A stretch of DNA of 64,000 nt from Chloroflexota bacterium (GTDB lineage Bacteria > Chloroflexota > Dehalococcoidia > Lucifugimonadales > QGNO01), in the NCBI GenBank assembly GCA_003228195.2, contig QGNO01000006.1, positions 99-64,098 of the forward strand, in the 5' to 3' direction. Every line of letters starts with the position of its first letter. Positions within the stretch are counted from its first letter, which is position 1. Below, piece after piece: positions 37,914 through 49,613 of the stretch. The translations under genes were made by a program, and so were the position numbers. Below the pieces are notes generated by a model, which was not told the origin of the DNA, ran no database searches, and saw only the letters and a program-made list of their open reading frames with translations.

Positions 37914-38234
37914 GCGTTATCTATCTATCTTACTTTGAGAATTCTACTGAGTGCTCAATACACGCCTTCTTCGCCCCGTATAACGGGGATCCTACATGTG
38001 CATGCCATTTGGTTAATTCTCATCTCTTCTTTAATCATTTTCGTTCGTCGCCACGATGCCTAAAGGTCACTCATCCTAATATAAATGCTAAGCTAAAGTC
38101 AACTTGACCGCCCTTGCCTACACCATGCTCAAAATGATATACTGCGGCGCCTGCCGGCCCGTCCTCTAAGCTACTAGACGTTCCGGTAGTTTGAATAATC
38201 TAATATACCAACAAAATAGGAGTTCTACCAACAG

Positions 38235-38885
38235 ATGGCCACACAGTCGCTGTCCTTTGAAGCTTCCCCTCGTGAATTAATCGGAAAAAGCGTAAAAGAG
38301 TTGCGCCGCACAGGTATTGTTCCAATTCACGTTTACGGAAGCGGCTTCGAATCCCTTAACCTCCAAGCGTCCGTTTCCGTTGTGAGAAGCATCGTCGCCA
38401 AGGCCGGAACTAACATTCCTGTAACGGTATCGGTGGCAGGCTTGGATTCGCCCCTCTTTTCCTTCATTCGTGAAGTACAGCGCCACCCTCTAACCGAAGC
38501 CATTTTACACGTAGACTTTCTCCGAGTTCCTCTGATGCAACCCATGACTTCCGCCGTTCCAATAACCATAGTTGGGGAAGCCCCTGCCGTACGATACATG
38601 GGTGGCGTCCTTAACCAAGCCCTACAGACAATTCAGGTCGAGTGTTTACCACTGGACGTTCCCCAGGGGGTGGAGGTTGATATTTCCACTCTGGAAAGTT
38701 TTGACCGCAGCATTTATGTCTCAGACATCGACCTAGGTCCGAAGGTTACTATTCTGAGCGACCCAGGCGAAATGATAGCCAGAATTAATGCGCCGCGAGT
38801 TGCCGTTGAAGAAGGGGCTCTCCAAAGTCAGGAGGGCGAAGAAACGGGCGGCATTGTAGCGGGCGAATCTCCCTCTGAAGGGTAA
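38235..38885 (+). CDS. rplY: 50S ribosomal protein L25/general stress protein Ctc
   Basis: 216 aa with R..GK...R..G.VP...YG N-terminus, a Ctc-type long form and an acidic C-terminal tail. Confidence 0.88.
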   Translation: MATQSLSFEASPRELIGKSVKELRRTGIVPIHVYGSGFESLNLQASVSVVRSIVAKAGTNIPVTVSVAGLDSPLFSFIREVQRHPLTEAILHVDFLRVPLMQPMTSAVPITIVGEAPAVRYMGGVLNQALQTIQVECLPLDVPQGVEVDISTLESFDRSIYVSDIDLGPKVTILSDPGEMIARINAPRVAVEEGALQSQEGEETGGIVAGESPSEG

Positions 38886-38893
38886 CCTCCCTT

Positions 38894-39841
38894 CTACGCT
38901 CTCCCGAGGCTGGCTCCCACGAAGTCTGGTTGGCCTAAAATGAATCGATCTATGGATAGCCTCCTTCTCCCCTGAAGCTGGACTTCCTCCAGAACCAACA
39001 CCCCATCTCGCGTTACCACACCTGCCACCACGGTGCCACCTTTTTTTGTTGGGATCACCAGGCCTTCTTTTTTTTCAACCCTGCCAGACTTTATTGCCTG
39101 TGCCCTTATTATCTTCAGATACTTTCCCCTCCAGTAAGTGAAGCACCCGGGCCAAGGATCGAACGCCCTCAGGCGTCTTTCCAATGCCTCTGCTGAAAGC
39201 GACCAGTCCATTTCTCCGTCGGCCCTTGTGTATAGGCGCGTCAATGAGGCTTCTGCTTCCTTCTGTGGCATTGGAATGAGCTCCCCTTTCTCCAACAGCG
39301 GCAACGTCTTCGTTAGTAGCTTGGCTCCTCTCTCAAACAGTCTCCTCGTTAGGTTTCCGGCCGTCTCACCGTGCAAAACCGGTGTCTCTTGTTGCGCGAG
39401 TATTGGCCCTGTGTCCATTCCCTCGTCAAGCCCCATCACCGTAACGCCTGTTATAGCATCACCTTCTAAAACGGTCGTTATCACTGGTGATGGGCCCCTG
39501 TGTTTAGGCAAAAGAGATGGGTGTATATTAATAGCTCCAAGCGGAGCCATGGCCAACATCTCCATTGGTATCTTCCTACCAAAAGCCGCCACAATCATGG
39601 CTTTCGGCTCCAGCAACGCTAGCTCTTCAGCAACCCTATTGCTCGATAGACTCGTCGGCTGAAGTACTCTAATTCCTTTTTCTCCAGCGTAAACCTTTAT
39701 TGCCGGCTGCATTAGTGTCATTCCTCTCCCAGCCGGCCTGTCGGGCCTAGTGTAAACAGCCAACACCTCATGTCCGCTCGACACGAGTCCATCCAATACT
39801 GGCAATGCTGCCTCTGGTGTTCCCATAAAAACGACTTTCAT
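38894..39841 (-). CDS. fmt: methionyl-tRNA formyltransferase
   Basis: MKVVFMGTPE..., HPSLLPKHRG motif; 315 aa. Confidence 0.93.
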   Translation of the reverse strand: MKVVFMGTPEAALPVLDGLVSSGHEVLAVYTRPDRPAGRGMTLMQPAIKVYAGEKGIRVLQPTSLSSNRVAEELALLEPKAMIVAAFGRKIPMEMLAMAPLGAINIHPSLLPKHRGPSPVITTVLEGDAITGVTVMGLDEGMDTGPILAQQETPVLHGETAGNLTRRLFERGAKLLTKTLPLLEKGELIPMPQKEAEASLTRLYTRADGEMDWSLSAEALERRLRAFDPWPGCFTYWRGKYLKIIRAQAIKSGRVEKKEGLVIPTKKGGTVVAGVVTRDGVLVLEEVQLQGRRRLSIDRFILGQPDFVGASLGRA

Positions 39842-40034
39842 TGTTCTTTATAAGGCATTATTTTTTTTCAACCACTTTTTCCTTATTTTTCCCAAGGCGC
39901 CAAGAGAAAATTTGATCAAATTTTCACTATTTCTTTCCTTGATACCCCCAAGCACAGGGAATGATAAGTTCTTTATTGTCCCTCTTTTCTTTGGGCAGAT
40001 ATTTATTCTACTATTTGAAGGTTGTTTCGTCTCT
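39842..40034. other. AT-rich fmt-dnaA intergenic region, candidate part of oriC
   Basis: A 193-nt AT-rich non-coding stretch directly upstream of dnaA, at the point where gene orientation flips. No perfect TTATCCACA box was seen by eye. Confidence 0.35.
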
Positions 40035-41423
40035 ATGGAAATATCCATACAAAACTTTTGGGCGGCCGTGCTTGGCCAGCTTCAACTTAGAATTCCGAAG
40101 CCTAGCTACGAGACTTGGCTGAAGGACACCTTTCCTATTTCAATGGATAAGAGCAGTCTGTGCATTAGCGTTCCCTCGGCTTTCGCTTCCGAATTCCTAG
40201 GAAATCGCCTTCATCAAGTAATTGTAGAGGTTGTTTCCTCCGTTGCTGACAGACCCCTATCCGTTGAATACAAAGTTATATCGAGTGAAGGGGCGCACCC
40301 AGCTAGCCAAGGCTCGGTACCCGGCATCCAGGCTGCACCTTCGGCTGGTTCTCAGCTGACGTCTCTTTATTCAAACACTATTGATAACCACAGTGCACCT
40401 GCTGTTGACAGTCGCTACTCGTTCGACACCTTCGTGACCGGTGCTTCAAATCAACTCGCTTACGCCGCTGCCAGAGCGGTCGCCGACGGCTCTGGGACAC
40501 GATTCAACCCGTTGTTCATCTATTCTGGTGTGGGACTAGGGAAAACCCATCTCTTACACGCCATATCGTCTTACGCTTCGTCGCGCGGCGAAGCATCACT
40601 GTACGTCACTACGGAGCAATTCACCAATGCTTTTATCCGGTCGATAAGGGAGAGAAAAACCGACGAGTTCAGGGCTAAGGTTACAAAGGCTGATATTGTA
40701 CTTCTAGATGACGTTCAATTTCTTTCTGGGAAAGAGCAAACCCAAGAAGGCCTTTTTCACATCTTCAATGAACTTCATCGATCACAGCGACAGATTGTTC
40801 TCGCTTGCGATCGCCCCCCTTCTTCCGTTTCTCTGCTTGAGGATCGTTTGCGTTCACGATTCGAATGGGGGCTAATTGTCGATATCCAGAAACCTGAAAT
40901 TGAGACAAAGGTCGCCATTTTACAACAAAAGGCTGCTATAGCAGGATTCTCCCTATCCGACACAATGGCTTTCGAAATCGCCGGTCGTTCTCCCGGATGC
41001 ATTCGCTCCCTTGAAGGGGGTCTCAACCGAGTTCTCGCCCTCGCAGACTTTTTCGACTCAACACTATCTGTTGACCTTGTTGAACAGGCCCTACCTGATG
41101 GACTTGTTGGCCATGTCTCAGAAAAAGTTACTGCTGATTTGGTAATCCGTACCGTTGCTTCTTACTACAAAACATCTCCCGAGATACTCAAATCGAAGAC
41201 ACGGGCAGGCAAGACCACTCACCCTCAAAGAATTGCTATGTCTCTCATAGACAGAACCCTAGGTCTGCCCGTTACTGAAGTGGCAAGCCTTTTTGGCGGC
41301 TGGAGCCCTAGAACTGTGCGCAACTCTTTAAAAGAGCTTGCCAGGACGGTTAAAACAGACCAAACAAGTTCTTCGGAGATTTCTGAAATCTCCGAAGAAC
41401 TTGGAATTCGATCACCAGCCTAG
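40035..41423 (+). CDS. dnaA: chromosomal replication initiator protein DnaA
   Basis: N-terminus MEISIQNFWAAVLGQL...YETWLKD, AAA+ Walker A GGVGLGKTHLLHAI, box VII, and a C-terminal DNA-binding domain. The track ORF start at 39912 adds an implausible Phe/Leu-rich extension. Confidence 0.93.
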   Translation: MEISIQNFWAAVLGQLQLRIPKPSYETWLKDTFPISMDKSSLCISVPSAFASEFLGNRLHQVIVEVVSSVADRPLSVEYKVISSEGAHPASQGSVPGIQAAPSAGSQLTSLYSNTIDNHSAPAVDSRYSFDTFVTGASNQLAYAAARAVADGSGTRFNPLFIYSGVGLGKTHLLHAISSYASSRGEASLYVTTEQFTNAFIRSIRERKTDEFRAKVTKADIVLLDDVQFLSGKEQTQEGLFHIFNELHRSQRQIVLACDRPPSSVSLLEDRLRSRFEWGLIVDIQKPEIETKVAILQQKAAIAGFSLSDTMAFEIAGRSPGCIRSLEGGLNRVLALADFFDSTLSVDLVEQALPDGLVGHVSEKVTADLVIRTVASYYKTSPEILKSKTRAGKTTHPQRIAMSLIDRTLGLPVTEVASLFGGWSPRTVRNSLKELARTVKTDQTSSSEISEISEELGIRSPA

Positions 41424-41556
41424 CCTTCTTTTAAGTAGCTGTTTCTTTACATATTCAACCTGCTAAGTTCCCTAGTTTCCAGCGTTTCCTTATAAGCTGC
41501 TTTCTTATTATTATTATGTATATACTTACTTATTAAAGTATTAGAACCTTAAGTAA

Positions 41557-42813
41557 ATGAAAGATATACAAAACATAACTATCTTAGGAGGAAAAGGCGG
41601 AAACGGCAGCGTTAGCCTTCTTAGACAACGGTATGTACCAAAGGGAGGGCCTGATGGTGGTGATGGGGGAGTGGGTGCGACCGTATATTTAATGGCTGAT
41701 GGAAATTTGGCTGAGATTGAGGGTCCTTATTCCACGGCTGTTACTGGGCTAGCTGGAGAAAATGGAATAGGTGGGAAACGAACAGGAAAAGCAGGGAAAG
41801 ACACCTACATAAAAGTTCCAGTTGGCACAATGGTCTGGCGTCTAGGAGGTCAAGAGGAATTCTTTGGCGAGCTGATAACGGAAGGGGAAATACTGTTGAT
41901 GGCGAGGGGCGGATCTGGTGGAAGAGGAAACACGCATTTCTCTTCATCTATTAATAAAACGCCATTGTTGGCAGAAACTGGTGAGATGGGAGAAAAGGGG
42001 GAGTTTCTTTTGGAGCTTCAGGTCGTGACGGATGCGGCGATAATAGGGCTGCCAAATACAGGAAAGTCAACGCTGCTTAGGGAGATAACAAACGCAAGGC
42101 CTAAAATTGCAGACTATCTGTTCACAACCAATGAGCCAGTTATAGGTATGCTTGAGCACAACTGGGCCTCTCATAAAGTCGTTGAATTGCCTGGCCTAAT
42201 AAATGGGTCGTCGACTGGTCAAGGGTTGGGCAATGGTTTTCTTAGACACCTATGGAGGACAGCCCTAAATATCTATGTGATATCTGGTGGCAGCCCTACC
42301 CCAAGTGACGACCTAGAGGACCTGAGAAGAGAGGTGGCTGCCTATTCGGAGAAATTGCTCGAGAAGCAATATGTAGTTGTTGTGATGGGAAAGGAACTGA
42401 ATGGAGATCAGATACAATTTGCAAATCTCGAGAAACGGTTGAAAGGAGAGGGGGTGGCGATAGTGACGCTAAATAAAATAACAAAGGAAGGGATCGATAG
42501 CTTAAAAGAGACCATTCATAGCATGATCGAGGGCGCTCCGCGAATCGAGCGAAGAAAGCCCACCGAAATGAGGCAAAGCGTTCGGTTGTTGAAGCCAGAG
42601 AGACCGCTTGTTGTTAAAGATGGAGAGGTGTTTGTGGTATCATCACGCCAGGCAGAAAGGATTGTAGATTTGCCTGACCTGAGAAAGTTCAGGGTAAAGC
42701 TTCAGCTCCGGGAGGAGCTTGCCAGACTCGGAGTGTTACGGGCACTGGAGAAGGCTGGAGTGAAGCGTGGAGACACGGTAAGGATAGGGGAAAGAGAACT
42801 TCAGTGGGAATGA
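41557..42813 (+). CDS. obgE: GTPase ObgE/CgtA
   Basis: Obg fold GGKGGNGS...YVPKGGPDGGDGG, G domain GLPNTGKST, and a C-terminal OCT-like domain. Confidence 0.92.
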   Translation: MKDIQNITILGGKGGNGSVSLLRQRYVPKGGPDGGDGGVGATVYLMADGNLAEIEGPYSTAVTGLAGENGIGGKRTGKAGKDTYIKVPVGTMVWRLGGQEEFFGELITEGEILLMARGGSGGRGNTHFSSSINKTPLLAETGEMGEKGEFLLELQVVTDAAIIGLPNTGKSTLLREITNARPKIADYLFTTNEPVIGMLEHNWASHKVVELPGLINGSSTGQGLGNGFLRHLWRTALNIYVISGGSPTPSDDLEDLRREVAAYSEKLLEKQYVVVVMGKELNGDQIQFANLEKRLKGEGVAIVTLNKITKEGIDSLKETIHSMIEGAPRIERRKPTEMRQSVRLLKPERPLVVKDGEVFVVSSRQAERIVDLPDLRKFRVKLQLREELARLGVLRALEKAGVKRGDTVRIGERELQWE

Positions 42814-42814
42814 A

Positions 42815-43483
42815 ATGCGAATTGGTATACTGGGCGGAACCTTCGATCCAATCCACAACGCACACCTGATAATAGCAGAACAAGCCCGAAAGGAAATTCG
42901 GCTTGACAAGGTGTTGTTTATTCCGGCTGGAGATCCTTGGCTAAGAAAAGACTCGAATATAACACCGAAAGAACTCCGGCTAGAAATGACAAGACTGGCG
43001 GTAGAAAGGAAGCCAGAATTTTCAGTATCCTCCATAGAGACGGAGCGACCAGGCCCAACGTATACGGTGGAAACCGTTGTGGCCTTATTGGCTGAGTGGA
43101 CTCTAGGAGTCGAACCAACCCTGATCTTAGGAGTAGACGCAGTATTAGCCTTACATAGGTGGAAAGAGCCAGAAAAGCTGCTAGAGCTGTGTGATTTGGC
43201 GGTAGTATTAAGGCCTGGATATAAGGAGTGCTCGCTGGAGGAAATTAAAAGGATATTTTCCTCACTAGAGAAGAAAATGACGGTTATAGGGGGAAGCGGG
43301 ACACGAATTAGCGGAACAGATATACGAGACAGGATAAAAAAGGGCCAGTCAATCAAAGGATTGGTGCCAGAAGCTGTGGCTAGATTCATAGAGGACAAGA
43401 GGTTGTACTTGATTCCTTCAATTAATTTGGAAAACCAAGATATAGAAAGTGACTCAGAACAGCAAGAAGGCAAGACTATTTGA
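42815..43483 (+). CDS. nadD: nicotinate-nucleotide adenylyltransferase
   Basis: GILGGTFDPIHNAHL and ISGTDIR motifs. Confidence 0.9.
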   Translation: MRIGILGGTFDPIHNAHLIIAEQARKEIRLDKVLFIPAGDPWLRKDSNITPKELRLEMTRLAVERKPEFSVSSIETERPGPTYTVETVVALLAEWTLGVEPTLILGVDAVLALHRWKEPEKLLELCDLAVVLRPGYKECSLEEIKRIFSSLEKKMTVIGGSGTRISGTDIRDRIKKGQSIKGLVPEAVARFIEDKRLYLIPSINLENQDIESDSEQQEGKTI

Positions 43484-43604
43484 CCAAGGATAAGTACACA
43501 TGTATGCTCTGCAGGCAAGCGGGTGAAGAGGAACACAGATCACTAAAAGACCAAATGAAACGGTCTATCTGTGAACAACCACTGTAACAGGAGGAACGTG
43601 GCAA

Positions 43605-44771
43605 ATGGCAGAAAAAGGAGACCTTAAGGAATTTCTAGCTGATAGCAAGAAGTTGATAGGAAAAGAGGCGCCTGATGTGGCAAATGGCATAAGTGTAGTG
43701 GACTGGACATCTATTCAAAAGTTTTGCGCCGCACTGGGCGACGTAAACCCACTATACAACGACATGGCCGCAGGTTTGGGAAACGTCTATAATACGCTGA
43801 TAGGACCACCTGGAATAGTATTGTCAGCTAGGACGCCCAACTCTGGAGCATCGTATGAGGAAAAGGACTATGGTCTGAGAAAATTTACAGTAGGCGTGTC
43901 AGCGCAATGGGAAGATGTTGTCAGGCTTGGCGAGAGAATTTCAAATAGCCTGACAGTTACTGGAGTAAATGAGGGAGAGAAGTGGGGTAGCAGAGATACA
44001 GCGGTCGTCGAATCCACAGCAAAATATACCACCATCCACGGAGGAGCTATCGCCGAGGTGAAGGGAACATCAACACTCGTTTCGTTCAACACGGGCGAGG
44101 AATGGCTTGAGGACAGGGACATTCACCAATATGCCGACGAGGAAATTGCAGCCCTAGAGAAAGACTTGGACGCGATTCCCCCACACCGTGGAAAAGTTCC
44201 TCTTTATTGGAGCAATGTTAATGAAGGGGACAAACTACCGACATTGGTAAAAGGACCTGTTGAGTATAACTCGATGGAGCTTTGGGAGGTGGCAATGGCA
44301 CAACCAACTACTGCTTCACTCGGTCCTGTAGCTCACAGGCAAGTGCTCAGCAGACCAGGACAGCGCACAGTTAATCCTACTACAGGCTGGCCGTACTGGT
44401 ATCTAGAGCAGACATTCAAAGATTTGTTGTCAGTCCGAGCGCTGGGATTCAGGTCGCCGGTGGTAAGAGGCCTGCAAAGGTTTTCTTTGGCAACGCAAGT
44501 CATTACTAACTGGATGGGAGACCTGGGCTTTCTTCGAAGCGTATCCTTGAGCTTGCCTAACCATTACCTATATGGCGATACCATGTGGGTGGGCGGTGAA
44601 GTGGTTAGGAAGTTCAGCGAAAACGTTGGAGATGCCCAATACAACGCCGTAGAGGTCAAGCTTTCTGCAAAGAACCAACTAGGACAAACCCTTGTAGAAG
44701 GAACAGGAGTTGTTTATCTCCCTGAAAAGGGCTTTATGGTAGGACTGCCAGTTGGCAATCCTTGGTGGTAA
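43605..44771 (+). CDS. double hotdog-fold (MaoC-dehydratase-N + MaoC-like) protein, paralogue A
   Basis: N-terminal GDVNPLYND motif (MaoC_dehydrat_N type, Tyr in place of His). The C-terminal half has NWMGDLGFLR and YGDTMWVGGEV. Clearly paralogous to the next ORF. Confidence 0.7.
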   Translation: MAEKGDLKEFLADSKKLIGKEAPDVANGISVVDWTSIQKFCAALGDVNPLYNDMAAGLGNVYNTLIGPPGIVLSARTPNSGASYEEKDYGLRKFTVGVSAQWEDVVRLGERISNSLTVTGVNEGEKWGSRDTAVVESTAKYTTIHGGAIAEVKGTSTLVSFNTGEEWLEDRDIHQYADEEIAALEKDLDAIPPHRGKVPLYWSNVNEGDKLPTLVKGPVEYNSMELWEVAMAQPTTASLGPVAHRQVLSRPGQRTVNPTTGWPYWYLEQTFKDLLSVRALGFRSPVVRGLQRFSLATQVITNWMGDLGFLRSVSLSLPNHYLYGDTMWVGGEVVRKFSENVGDAQYNAVEVKLSAKNQLGQTLVEGTGVVYLPEKGFMVGLPVGNPWW

Positions 44772-44813
44772 GAGAGTAGTTACAACTTAAGAACAAATAG
44801 GAAGGTTACTACA

Positions 44814-46190
44814 ATGACGACAACAGGCGAAACTTTTGAAAGCATAATTAACGAATTTAGAGAAACGTCTAAAGAAATGATAGGCGAAGAGGTTCATGAG
44901 GGATACCCGCTGGATGAAGGCCTATACCACGGCATGAAACAACCGTTTGAAGTTGATGGGCCTCCATTTCAAAGCCCATGGGTTCTGACAGAGAAGGCGG
45001 CAACGGCCTACGCTCTTCACATAGGGGACGACAATCCGTTATATACGGACCCTGAATATGCTAAGACCGGACCTTACGGCTGCCAAATAACGCCAGGGAC
45101 AGCATTGATAATGGCACGGACCCCGATGTGGCACGGACCAGAAGAGTTGTGGAGAGACAGGCCTGGCGGAATACCCATGGCCAACTTTCACTCAGGAACA
45201 GCTTGGGAGTTTTACGATGTTCTGCGTGTAGGAACGGGCTTTCGAACCACATCGAAGGCCAAGGAAGTGATTGAGAAACCAGGGTCCCGTGGAAACCTGT
45301 TCTTTTTGATCTCGGATGTCAATTACTGGGATATGGGAGGCGACTTGTTAGGAAAGTGTTATGGAACACTGATTATGGTACCTCGAGAGGAGATGGGAAC
45401 TGGAAGAGCAATGTCCGTAGAGCGCCTTGGCGAGCGCATGATGTATGAACGAGAGGCAGGGAAATACGACGAGGCGAAATCGAAGGAAATTCTGGATCTT
45501 CTTGAAAAAGCGACGCCCAGAGGCAAGGACACCCTTTATTGGGAAGATGTTAAGGAAGGGGACAAACTCCCTACATTTATAGTTCCCCCATGGACAGACC
45601 AAGACTGGTCTGTAACAGGCTTTATTCGTAACGGAGCGGCCAGAGGCTATGCATTCGAAGCAGGATATAACGCCAGAAAATACAAGCTGCTTGCTGGATT
45701 TGCCGGCAATGCTTATACGCATCCAGTGACCAGGTGGCCTTGGGCACATGGTGAGGAGCACGGCGATGCTTTGATGGCAGCATACCGAGGTCAAGCGCTT
45801 CCTTTCGACTGGGGGGGGCAGCGGTCGCAGATACCGCAAGCTTTGATGAGCAATTGGATGGGAGACGAAGGATTCATACGGCGCTTGCAGATGGCACTTC
45901 GCCGACCCATGTATTATGGGGACGTGGGCATTTACAACGGAGAGATCGTGAAGAAGTTTAAGGAAGTTCAGAAGGGTGAGCCTGGGCCGGGAGCCGTCGA
46001 TGGCGAACGGACCTACTACGCGGTTGGAATCAAGTATGAGGGCAGAAATCACGAAGATCAGGTTTTCGTTCAGGGAACATCGTGCGTATACCTGCCCTCT
46101 AGGGAAGGGGGGAAAGTGGAATTGCCGATACCCCATATAGCCCTACCAGAGGCGGTCCCGTACGAAACTTTTTATAGAGACTGGTACTAA
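44814..46190 (+). CDS. double hotdog-fold (MaoC-dehydratase-N + MaoC-like) protein, paralogue B
   Basis: GDDNPLYTD, YWEDVKEGDKLPT, NWMGDEGFIR and YYGDVGIYNGEIV. Shares ordered motifs with paralogue A and carries extra insertions. Confidence 0.7.
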   Translation: MTTTGETFESIINEFRETSKEMIGEEVHEGYPLDEGLYHGMKQPFEVDGPPFQSPWVLTEKAATAYALHIGDDNPLYTDPEYAKTGPYGCQITPGTALIMARTPMWHGPEELWRDRPGGIPMANFHSGTAWEFYDVLRVGTGFRTTSKAKEVIEKPGSRGNLFFLISDVNYWDMGGDLLGKCYGTLIMVPREEMGTGRAMSVERLGERMMYEREAGKYDEAKSKEILDLLEKATPRGKDTLYWEDVKEGDKLPTFIVPPWTDQDWSVTGFIRNGAARGYAFEAGYNARKYKLLAGFAGNAYTHPVTRWPWAHGEEHGDALMAAYRGQALPFDWGGQRSQIPQALMSNWMGDEGFIRRLQMALRRPMYYGDVGIYNGEIVKKFKEVQKGEPGPGAVDGERTYYAVGIKYEGRNHEDQVFVQGTSCVYLPSREGGKVELPIPHIALPEAVPYETFYRDWY

Positions 46191-46333
46191 GATATTTGGG
46201 CTCATTGGGACCTCGTCACGAGATGATAGGTTTGGCTCGTTTCTGAGTGTTGTGATGGGCCCAAATAATAAGCCAGACAGGGCGCATTGCCGAGGTGTCG
46301 TTATGGCCCCTTTCAGCAGTGTGAAAACGGGAC

Positions 46334-46969
46334 ATGGTTGAAAAAGAGGCAAGGGAAGTAGCAGCCATCCTGCTCGATAGAAGGGCGGTCATCATAAATA
46401 CCGAATCGCCATTCACGTTTTCGTCAGGTATAACAAGCCCCATTTATTGCGATCTGAGACAACTTTGTGCCTACCCGGTAGAGAGAGAGCGCATTACAGC
46501 GCTGTTGGTAGCCCGCATATCAGAGACAGCAGCAGAAATCGTTGCAGGGGTTGCTACCGCAGGGATTCCGTGGGCTGCGTGGGCTTCATCACGACTTGGC
46601 AGATCAATGGCATATGTAAGAGACGGTGCGAAAGGGCACGGCCGCGGGAGGCAAGTGGAAGGAGTCATAGAGCAGGGGAGCACAGCGGTATTAGTAGAAG
46701 ACTTGACAAGCACAGCCGGCAGTGCGATTCGAGCTGTTGAAGGGCTTCGTACGGCAGGGGCAGAAATCACCCGAAGCTACAGCATTTTTTCCTATGAGTT
46801 TGAAAAAGCAAAGGAAGTTTATAGAGAGGCACAAGTAGAACTAACAACTTTGTGTGGTATAAGCGACCTGCTCGAACTGGCGGTTTCGGAGAGGTTGATA
46901 GAGTCTAGTCAAGCTGCAGCGGTCAGGGCATGGTTGTCCAGCGACCCCATGTCGCAAACGGGCAGATAG
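46334..46969 (+). CDS. pyrE: orotate phosphoribosyltransferase
   Basis: FTFSSGITSPIYCD and the PRPP-binding loop VLVEDLTSTAGS. Confidence 0.88.
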   Translation: MVEKEAREVAAILLDRRAVIINTESPFTFSSGITSPIYCDLRQLCAYPVERERITALLVARISETAAEIVAGVATAGIPWAAWASSRLGRSMAYVRDGAKGHGRGRQVEGVIEQGSTAVLVEDLTSTAGSAIRAVEGLRTAGAEITRSYSIFSYEFEKAKEVYREAQVELTTLCGISDLLELAVSERLIESSQAAAVRAWLSSDPMSQTGR

Positions 46970-46986
46970 AAGCAGGAACTAATTGG

Positions 46987-49494
<2,508 letters not shown>

Positions 49495-49613
49495 CTAGAT
49501 TATGCGGAAGGAGCCCTGTCATATTGCTGAGAGGGGTCGAGGTCGGCTGAGAAAATGGAAGAGATAATTTCAAAGCTTGTTGTGGTTCAGCCAAAACTCG
49601 CCGCTCAGGCGTG

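Noticed and set aside
37843-38234. SAM-I (S-box), SAM-II/IV or T-box riboswitch in the moeB-cysM leader.
   Set aside because: I could not find the S-box core (GAGGGA...GCCC...GCAACC...GTGCYAATTCC) or the T-box sequence (AANNNGGGTGGTACCGCG) next to the terminator. A similar GGGCGGTCAAG lies about 200 nt too far upstream. Only an Infernal search can settle this.
39912-40034. N-terminal extension of the dnaA ORF (MIKFSLFLSLIPP...).
   Set aside because: It is a Phe/Leu-rich translation of AT-rich intergenic DNA. The canonical DnaA N-terminus begins at the ATG at 40035.
42736-43536. 266-aa minus-strand ORF overlapping nadD and the end of obgE.
   Set aside because: It lies antisense to two strongly recognisable genes. 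The translation is Ser/Leu/Ile-rich with no motifs and is typical of a shadow ORF.
45348-46136. 262-aa minus-strand ORF inside hotdog paralogue B.
   Set aside because: It is antisense to an ORF whose paralogy with the neighbouring gene supports the plus frame, and it has no recognisable motifs.
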